Source: Alphaproteobacteria bacterium (lineage in GTDB: Bacteria; Pseudomonadota; Alphaproteobacteria; SMXP01). Taken from it: a DNA stretch of 64,000 bases. Location of the stretch: positions 300,877 to 364,876 of the forward strand of contig CBDFKK010000006.1 of assembly GCA_965248815.1 (NCBI GenBank), read 5' to 3'. Shown piece by piece: positions 57,242 through 64,000 of this stretch (within the stretch, counting starts at the first letter, position 1; the number at the start of each line of letters is the position of its first letter). Made by a program: the position numbers and the translations under genes. Under the pieces are notes generated by a model. That model made no database searches. It was not told the DNA's origin and saw nothing but the letters and a program-made list of their open reading frames with translations.

Positions 57242-57429
57242 AGTTACGTTTCTTTATCTAACGTGTCCGTTAAGTCCGGCTCTCATGAATTCCTCAAACA
57301 CTTTCATTATCAGTTCACACGTTGGCATTTCGCACATAGAATTTTGATATCTCATTGTAACGTACTGATATCGATATATATTCTTGGATTTTGGACTTCA
57401 GTTTTCATATACTCAAATGTTCAAATTCT

Positions 57430-57918
57430 TTAACGGTACGGCGCATCTAGCTCTAAGTTCTTTGCAATCTCTCTCTCCCAACGATCGCCATTGGCGAGCA
57501 ACCGATCCTTGTCATAGAGCAGTTCTTCTCGCGTTTCGGTGGCGAATTCGAAGTTGGGGCCCTCAACGATGGCATCGACCGGGCAGGCCTCTTGGCAGAA
57601 ACCGCAATAGATGCATTTGACCATGTCAATGTCGTATCGCGTCGTCCGACGGCTGCCGTCATCTCGCGGTTCAGCTTCGATGGTGATGGCCTGTGCTGGA
57701 CAGATGGCTTCGCAGAGCTTGCAGGCGATGCAACGCTCTTCGCCATTCGGATACCGCCTGAGTGCATGTTCACCGCGGAATCGAGGGCTGAGATCGCCTT
57801 TTTCAAACGGATAATTCACGGTTGCTTTGGGCTTAAAGAAATAGCGCATGGCAACGCGGAAGCCGCTGATAAAGTCCATCAGCATGGCGGCCCGAGCAAC
57901 ACTTGCGATCCGTGACAT
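57430..57918 (-). CDS. nuoI: NADH-quinone oxidoreductase subunit I
   Basis: [12 protein letters not shown] and [12 protein letters not shown] ferredoxin motifs. Confidence 0.98.
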   Translation of the reverse strand: MSRIASVARAAMLMDFISGFRVAMRYFFKPKATVNYPFEKGDLSPRFRGEHALRRYPNGEERCIACKLCEAICPAQAITIEAEPRDDGSRRTTRYDIDMVKCIYCGFCQEACPVDAIVEGPNFEFATETREELLYDKDRLLANGDRWEREIAKNLELDAPYR

Positions 57919-57946
57919 CAGTCGTCAGCCTTTAGTACGAATATCA

Positions 57947-59017
57947 TCATTCTGGAACGCTGCAGTCATTGACCGCGCAAATGGGGAAGGTATCAGGAAA
58001 TGCGACGACAAGACCTGCGCTCAAGGCGACCCAAACGAGAGACAGCGGCAAGAAAACCTTCCAACCGAGTCGCATAAGCTGATCGTATCGATAGCGCGGT
58101 ACCATCGCTTTCGCCATGGCAAACAAAAAGAAAAAGAAACAAACCTTCAGGGCGAACCAAATGACGCCGGGAACGGCGTAGAGAAATTCCAATCTCGGAA
58201 AGACCGGAAGCCAGCCACCAAAGAACAAAATGGTCAACATGGAACACATCAAAACGATGTTGAGATACTCGCCAATCATAAAGAGCAGGTACGGCGTCGA
58301 CGAATATTCGACTTGATATCCGGCGACCAATTCGGACTCGGCTTCGGGCAAGTCGAACGGTGGCCGATTGGTTTCCGCCAGGGCCGAGACAAAAAAGACG
58401 ACAAACATTGGAAACAGCCAGCTGACCGCAAAGCCAAGTAGTGGCCAATCTTTTTGTGCCATCACCACTTCTGAAAGATTTAATGAACCGACGTGGACGA
58501 GAACCGCAACGATGACAAAACCGATGGAAACCTCATAGGACACCATCTGTGCTGCGGATCGCAGACCCCCCAAAAATGGATATTTCGAATTCGACGCCCA
58601 TCCGCCCATAATGATGCCATACACACCGAGGGAAGAAATCGCAAAGATATAAAGAATGCCGACGTTAATATCGGCGATTACCCAGCCTTCTGCCACAGGC
58701 ACAACTGCCCACGCGCCCATTGCAAGAATAAAAGTAACGAGCGGCGCAATAATAAAGACCGCCTTATTGGCGCCTGCGGGGATAACGATTTCTTTGAAAA
58801 TAAATTTGAAAAAGTCGGCAAACGACTGTAGCAATCCAAAAGGCCCGACCACATTTGGGCCTCGCCGCAATTGCACGGCAGCCCATATCTTACGGTCGGC
58901 GAGCAAAATGAAAGCCAAAGATACGAGAAGCACGATCATCATGATGAGAATCTGGATGAGCCACGCCACCGGGTAGCCCCAGAAATTTCCCAAGAGTTCT
59001 ATAAAGAACTGTTCCAT
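57947..59017 (-). CDS. nuoH: NADH-quinone oxidoreductase subunit H
   Basis: [32 protein letters not shown]; ATG 59017 preferred. Confidence 0.98.
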   Translation of the reverse strand: MEQFFIELLGNFWGYPVAWLIQILIMMIVLLVSLAFILLADRKIWAAVQLRRGPNVVGPFGLLQSFADFFKFIFKEIVIPAGANKAVFIIAPLVTFILAMGAWAVVPVAEGWVIADINVGILYIFAISSLGVYGIIMGGWASNSKYPFLGGLRSAAQMVSYEVSIGFVIVAVLVHVGSLNLSEVVMAQKDWPLLGFAVSWLFPMFVVFFVSALAETNRPPFDLPEAESELVAGYQVEYSSTPYLLFMIGEYLNIVLMCSMLTILFFGGWLPVFPRLEFLYAVPGVIWFALKVCFFFFLFAMAKAMVPRYRYDQLMRLGWKVFLPLSLVWVALSAGLVVAFPDTFPICAVNDCSVPE

Positions 59018-59031
59018 GACGCTCGGTGTTC

Positions 59032-61134
59032 CTAGCCCGCTTTCGCCGGCGCGTCTTCGCTTCGCCGCGCCCAATACATCGTGCTGCACTCGGCCATGAT
59101 TTTTGAGGCTCGCGCAATTGGATTTGTGAGGTAAAAATCTGTAAGGGGAAGCTCGAAAGGAGCATCGAGCAACTGACCTGGCACGCCGATCTTTTGGGGA
59201 TCAAATGACGCGGCGCTGCCGCCGCCGGGCGCGAAATCAATAGACCCCAGCACGGGCGTCTGTGATCTCATCACAATCCGCAATTGATCGAGATTGTCAT
59301 AGTCCAATGTCTGGCCGAGTGCACCGGAAAGGGCACGCACTATTGCCCAATCATCGCGAGCATCCCCCGGCGGATAGGCGGCGCGATTTCCGAGCTGTGC
59401 GCGGCCTTCCGTATTCACCCAAGTCGCATGTTTTTCTGTATAAGCCGCGCCCGGCAAAATGATGTCGGCGCGGTGTGCGCCCTGATCGCCGTGACTGCCT
59501 TGATACACAACAAATGCACCGCCCATATTTTCAGCAGCAATCTCGTCGGCGCCGAGTAGATATATAATGTCGATGTCTCCGGAACGGGCTCCAGCGACTA
59601 TGTTTTCTACATCGCGGCCGCCCTCCTCGGGTACAAAACCGAGGTCAAGTCCGGCGACCCGCGCGGCGGCGGTATGCAATACGTTGAATCCATTCCACCC
59701 ATCGTCATTGCCGGAAGGCGCAACGATCATACCCGTTTTCTGAGCGATTTCGGCAGCGGCGGCCAAAACGGCCGCTCCGTCAGCGCGCGCCAGCGCTCCC
59801 ATACCGAGGATGAGCATGGGCTGCTTGGCATTGCCCAAAGCTTGAGCAAAAGAATGAGCGCCGCCCGCAATTTCTTTCAGAGTCTGCGGTCCGGCCCCAA
59901 TCCAATCGACGTCATAGGAGAGATCAACGCGCGGTCCGATGCCGGCAATCTTTACACCGCGGCCTAAATAGTTTTTTCGGATGCGAGCATTGATAAGCGG
60001 CGCTTCCCAACGCGGGTTCGTACCGATTAGAAGTATGGCGTCGGCGTCTTCAACGCCAGCGATCGTCGTGTTGAAGAGGTAGCCTTCTCGGGGACCGGGT
60101 CCAATTTTTGCGCTATCCTGGCGACAGTCCAGATGGGGACTACCGATCTTACCCATCAGATCTTTGAGCGCATACATCGACTCCGCGCATGCTTGATCGC
60201 CTGCGATGGCGGCTATTCGATCAGGCACACTTTGTCTCACACGCATAGCGATCGTTTCAAACGCCTCTTGCCAAGATACCGGCAAAAGCTTGCCGCTTTT
60301 TCGGACATAGGGCGTGTCCAGCCGCTGGCTCCGCAGACCATCCCAAATGAAGCGAGTTCTGTCTGAAATCCATTCCTCGTTGATGTCTTCATGAACCCGT
60401 GGCAGTACACGCATGACTTCGCGGCCACGGGCATCGACTCGAATGTTGGAACCAACGGCATCCATCGCATCAATGGTCTCCGTCTTGCGCAATTCCCATG
60501 GACGTGCCGTAAACGCATAAGGCTTAGACGTCAGTGCACCAACAGGGCAAATATCAATTACGTTTCCGGAAAGCTCAGATGTCATTGATTCTTCGAGGTA
60601 CGTCGTAATCTCCATGTCTTCGCCGCGTCCAATTGCACCAAGCTCCTCGACGCCGGTAATCTCCGCAGCAAAGCGAACGCACCTGGTACACTGGATGCAC
60701 CGCGTCATAATCGTCTTGATTAGCGGGCCCATATACTTTTCATCAACCGCACGTTTGTTTTCGTCGTATCGGCTGCCGTCCGTACCGTAAGCCATGGCTT
60801 GATCTTGTAGATCGCATTCCCCGCCTTGGTCACAAATCGGGCAATCGAGCGGGTGATTGATGAGGAGAAATTCCATCACCCCTTCCCTCGCCTTCTTTAC
60901 GAGCTTCGACTTGGTCAAAACAACCATGCCGTCAGCGGCAGTCATCGCGCACGAGGCGATTGGCTTCGGCGACTTTTCAAGTTCTACCAAACACATGCGG
61001 CAATTGCCCGCGATCGAAAGCCGCTCGTGATAGCAAAAGCGTGGAATTTCAGCGCCAGCTTCTTCACAAGCCTGCAGAACCGTTGTTCCCGGTACGACTT
61101 CGACGTCAATGCCATCAATGGTTAGTTTGGGCAT
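59032..61134 (-). CDS. nuoG: NADH-quinone oxidoreductase subunit G
   Basis: [35 protein letters not shown]. Confidence 0.98.
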   Translation of the reverse strand: MPKLTIDGIDVEVVPGTTVLQACEEAGAEIPRFCYHERLSIAGNCRMCLVELEKSPKPIASCAMTAADGMVVLTKSKLVKKAREGVMEFLLINHPLDCPICDQGGECDLQDQAMAYGTDGSRYDENKRAVDEKYMGPLIKTIMTRCIQCTRCVRFAAEITGVEELGAIGRGEDMEITTYLEESMTSELSGNVIDICPVGALTSKPYAFTARPWELRKTETIDAMDAVGSNIRVDARGREVMRVLPRVHEDINEEWISDRTRFIWDGLRSQRLDTPYVRKSGKLLPVSWQEAFETIAMRVRQSVPDRIAAIAGDQACAESMYALKDLMGKIGSPHLDCRQDSAKIGPGPREGYLFNTTIAGVEDADAILLIGTNPRWEAPLINARIRKNYLGRGVKIAGIGPRVDLSYDVDWIGAGPQTLKEIAGGAHSFAQALGNAKQPMLILGMGALARADGAAVLAAAAEIAQKTGMIVAPSGNDDGWNGFNVLHTAAARVAGLDLGFVPEEGGRDVENIVAGARSGDIDIIYLLGADEIAAENMGGAFVVYQGSHGDQGAHRADIILPGAAYTEKHATWVNTEGRAQLGNRAAYPPGDARDDWAIVRALSGALGQTLDYDNLDQLRIVMRSQTPVLGSIDFAPGGGSAASFDPQKIGVPGQLLDAPFELPLTDFYLTNPIARASKIMAECSTMYWARRSEDAPAKAG

Positions 61135-61139
61135 AGTTT

Positions 61140-62441
61140 CTATTCCGCCGCCGCGCTGACCGGTATTGGCCGGTCGTTACGGTAAGTCTCAATGCGTTCT
61201 TCAATTTCGTGGCGAAAATGCCGGATCAATCCTTGCACGGGCCAAGCTGCCGCGTCGCCAAGCGCGCAAATTGTGTGCCCTTCGACTTGGTTGGCCACGT
61301 CTAACAAAGTATCGATTTCAGAGGTCTTTGCTTCCCCCCGCACCATCCGTTCAAGAACACGCCACATCCAACCTGTTCCTTCACGGCACGGCGTGCACTG
61401 GCCGCACGACTCGTGTTTATAAAAATAAGAGATACGAGCAATCGCCTTTACGATATCGGTCGATTTATCCATCACAATAACAGCTGCAGTTCCCAAACCT
61501 GATTTCACTTCCTTAAGGGCGTCAAAATCCATCAGCACGGTATCGCATATATCTTTCGGCAAGAGCGGTACCGATGAACCGCCAGGTATGACGGCCTTTA
61601 GATTATCCCAACCGCCCGGCACGCCGCCCGCGTGAGTTTCAATCAAAGTGCGTAAGGGAATGCTCATCTCTTCTTCGACATTGCACGGACTATTCACGTG
61701 TCCGGAAATACAAAAAATTTTTGTTCCGGTATTGTTGGGACGGCCGAAGCTGGCAAACCAATCGGCACCGCGCCGAATGATGGTTGGGGCAACGGCAATG
61801 CTCTCAACGTTATTTACAGTAGTCGGCGCGCCGTAAAGACCAACATTGGCCGGGAATGGCGGCTTCAGTCGGGGCTGGCCTTTCTTGCCTTCGAGGCTTT
61901 CGAGCAACGCCGTTTCTTCTCCACAGATATAGGCGCCAGCGCCATGGTGCACGTAGACGTCAAAATCCCAGCCACTGTTGCAGGCGTTCTTACCCACAAG
62001 ACCGGCGGCGTAAGCCTCATCGATGGCCGCCTGCAGCCGCTCGCGCTCTCGTATGTACTCGCCTCTGATATATATGTAGCAAGCGTGGGCGCGCATGGCG
62101 TAACTCGCCACCAAACAGCCCTCGACCAGCAGATGCGGATCGTGTCGCATGATGTCACGGTCCTTGCACGTTCCCGGCTCGGACTCGTCGGCGTTGACGA
62201 CCAAATAGTGTGGCCGGCCGTCGGATTCCCTGGGCATGAAAGACCATTTGAGGCCCGTGGGAAAGCCGGCGCCGCCGCGACCGCGCAAACCGGATTCTTT
62301 GATCTGCTCGATAATCCAGTCTTGGCCCATCGCGATTAAATCGGCGGTGCCATTCCAAGCTCCGCGGCTGCGAGCCGCCTCCAAACGCCAGTCCTGGAGG
62401 CCGTAGAGATTAGTAAAAATGCGATCCTTGTCTTCGAGCAT
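61140..62441 (-). CDS. nuoF: NADH-quinone oxidoreductase subunit F
   Basis: [39 protein letters not shown]. Confidence 0.99.
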   Translation of the reverse strand: MLEDKDRIFTNLYGLQDWRLEAARSRGAWNGTADLIAMGQDWIIEQIKESGLRGRGGAGFPTGLKWSFMPRESDGRPHYLVVNADESEPGTCKDRDIMRHDPHLLVEGCLVASYAMRAHACYIYIRGEYIRERERLQAAIDEAYAAGLVGKNACNSGWDFDVYVHHGAGAYICGEETALLESLEGKKGQPRLKPPFPANVGLYGAPTTVNNVESIAVAPTIIRRGADWFASFGRPNNTGTKIFCISGHVNSPCNVEEEMSIPLRTLIETHAGGVPGGWDNLKAVIPGGSSVPLLPKDICDTVLMDFDALKEVKSGLGTAAVIVMDKSTDIVKAIARISYFYKHESCGQCTPCREGTGWMWRVLERMVRGEAKTSEIDTLLDVANQVEGHTICALGDAAAWPVQGLIRHFRHEIEERIETYRNDRPIPVSAAAE

Positions 62442-63118
62442 CAGTCTTGCCTCTGCTCGGAAACTTTGCCGCCGCGATCTTTGAAATTCACCGGTGCGGC
62501 AGCAACTTGCGGGTCATAGATCGATTGTTCCGTCAGCGTCGTCGATCCGCTCTGGGGCTCAGATGATGTTCGCGACCTTGCGGAACCCGGTTTTGGCATA
62601 TGCCCTCTGCGGATTTCATCCAGCAGTGAAAGAAGACTTTTGCCATCCAAGTCCTCATAGAAATCGTCGTTAATTTGCACCATCGGTGCATTCACGCAGG
62701 CGCCAAGGCATTCAACTTCGGTCCAAGTAAACAGCCCGTCCTCTGACGTCGACCCTATCGGACCGATTTGTTCGTTGCAGACCTTCTTAAGATCGTCGGC
62801 GCCACGGAGCCAGCAAGGCGTAGTTCCGCAGAGCTGAACGTGGAAACGGCCGATCGGTTTCAAATTGAACATGGTGTAAAACGTGGCGACCTCGTAAACT
62901 CGGATGTAGGGCATGCCGAGCATGTCGGCAATAACGCGCATGGCAGGTTCACTCACCCAACTACTGTTTTGCCGCTGCGCTTGCCACAACAAAGGAATTA
63001 CGGCGCTTCGCTCTTTGCCCTGCGGATATTTTGCAATTTCCTTTTTTGCCCACTCCAGATTATCAGTTGTGAATTCGAAGTTCTCGGGCTGGTCGGGAGA
63101 TAGACGTCGCGCACTCAT
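62441..63118 (-). CDS. nuoE: NADH-quinone oxidoreductase subunit E
   Basis: [25 protein letters not shown]. Confidence 0.98.
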   Translation of the reverse strand: MSARRLSPDQPENFEFTTDNLEWAKKEIAKYPQGKERSAVIPLLWQAQRQNSSWVSEPAMRVIADMLGMPYIRVYEVATFYTMFNLKPIGRFHVQLCGTTPCWLRGADDLKKVCNEQIGPIGSTSEDGLFTWTEVECLGACVNAPMVQINDDFYEDLDGKSLLSLLDEIRRGHMPKPGSARSRTSSEPQSGSTTLTEQSIYDPQVAAAPVNFKDRGGKVSEQRQD

Positions 63119-64000
63119 CTATCAATTTCTCCAAACACGATGTCCAATGACCCGATGATCGCCGATACGTCCGCTAACATGTGTCCTTTGCACATGTCGT
63201 CCATAGCTTGCAAATGAGGAAATCCGGGTGCGCGAATTTTGCAGCGATAGGGCTTATTTGATCCGTCCGAAACCAAATAGACCCCGAATTCGCCCTTCGG
63301 CGCTTCCACGGCCGCATACACTTCGCCTTCCGGCACATGAAACCCTTCAGTATACAGCTTAAAATGATGGATGAGGGCTTCCATTGAATTTTTCATTTCG
63401 GACCGGCGCGGCGGTGCAACCTTTCCGTCGGTAGATAGCACGGGACCTTCGGGCATCTTTTCAATGCATTGCTTCATAATCGAAATGCTTTGCTGCATTT
63501 CTTCCATGCGTACCAAATAGCGATCGTAGCAATCCCCATGTTTACCGATGGGAATATCGAATTCGAGATCGTTGTAGCATTCATAAGGTTGAGAGCGACG
63601 CAGATCCCACGCCACACCCGAACCGCGCACCATCACGCCGGAGAAACCCCAAGCGAATGCCTCCTCGACGCTGACCACGCCAATATCGACATTGCGCTGT
63701 TTGAAAATCCGGTTGTCCGTCACAAGCTGTTCGATGTCGCCCATAACTTTAGGGAAGGTCTCACAAAACTCTAAAATGTCTTCCGCAAGGCCCGCAGGCA
63801 TGTCTTGATGAACACCTCCTGGGCGAAAAAAGGCTGCATGAAGACGCGAGCCGGAAATGCGCTCGTAGAAAATCATGAGCTTTTCGCGTTCTTCGAACCC
63901 CCATAATGGCGGCGTTAGCGCGCCCACATCCATGGCTTGCGTGGTCACATTCAAAATATGAGACAAGATCCGGCCGATCTCTGAAAACAGAACGCGGATA
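63115..64000 (-). CDS. nuoD: NADH-quinone oxidoreductase subunit D, 3' part (starts beyond the window)
   Basis: [26 protein letters not shown]. Confidence 0.98.
   Translation of the reverse strand, partial: IRVLFSEIGRILSHILNVTTQAMDVGALTPPLWGFEEREKLMIFYERISGSRLHAAFFRPGGVHQDMPAGLAEDILEFCETFPKVMGDIEQLVTDNRIFKQRNVDIGVVSVEEAFAWGFSGVMVRGSGVAWDLRRSQPYECYNDLEFDIPIGKHGDCYDRYLVRMEEMQQSISIMKQCIEKMPEGPVLSTDGKVAPPRRSEMKNSMEALIHHFKLYTEGFHVPEGEVYAAVEAPKGEFGVYLVSDGSNKPYRCKIRAPGFPHLQAMDDMCKGHMLADVSAIIGSLDIVFGEIDR

Overview
Alphaproteobacterial chromosomal core region, almost entirely housekeeping genes in familiar clusters: eno (5' part), rpmF, kdsA, pyrG, secG, tpiA; ppiD-trpE; trpGDC-moaC-moeA-lexA; comEC/gltX-gltA; rpsB-tsf-pyrH-frr-uppS-cdsA-dxr-rseP-bamA-skp-lpxD-fabZ-lpxA-lpxI-lpxB; dnaE; proS-lolE-lolD; and nuoD(partial)-nuoN followed by birA-coaX-rnj-mce. 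The departures from this backbone are the interesting part. (1) comEC is interrupted twice by near-identical 1513-bp IS3/IS481-like elements whose target duplications are 19 bp and 8 bp, differing by about one helical turn; removing both restores one open frame. (2) A 40-codon membrane-peptide ORF missed by the ORF track lies upstream of dnaE under two perfect alphaproteobacterial LexA boxes and resembles the SOS division inhibitor SidA. (3) A divergent polysaccharide deacetylase gene appears broken by an isolated 19-bp tandem duplication (possible IS footprint) and a second frameshift. (4) A 4x16-bp tandem repeat amplifies the mce stop codon. (5) An AT-rich spacer with two tiny overlapping ORFs sits between nuoI and nuoJ. 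(6) An atypical Cle-like receiver protein lies between tpiA and secG. No rRNA, tRNA or CRISPR array was seen. All calls come from motif recognition by eye; no searches were run.
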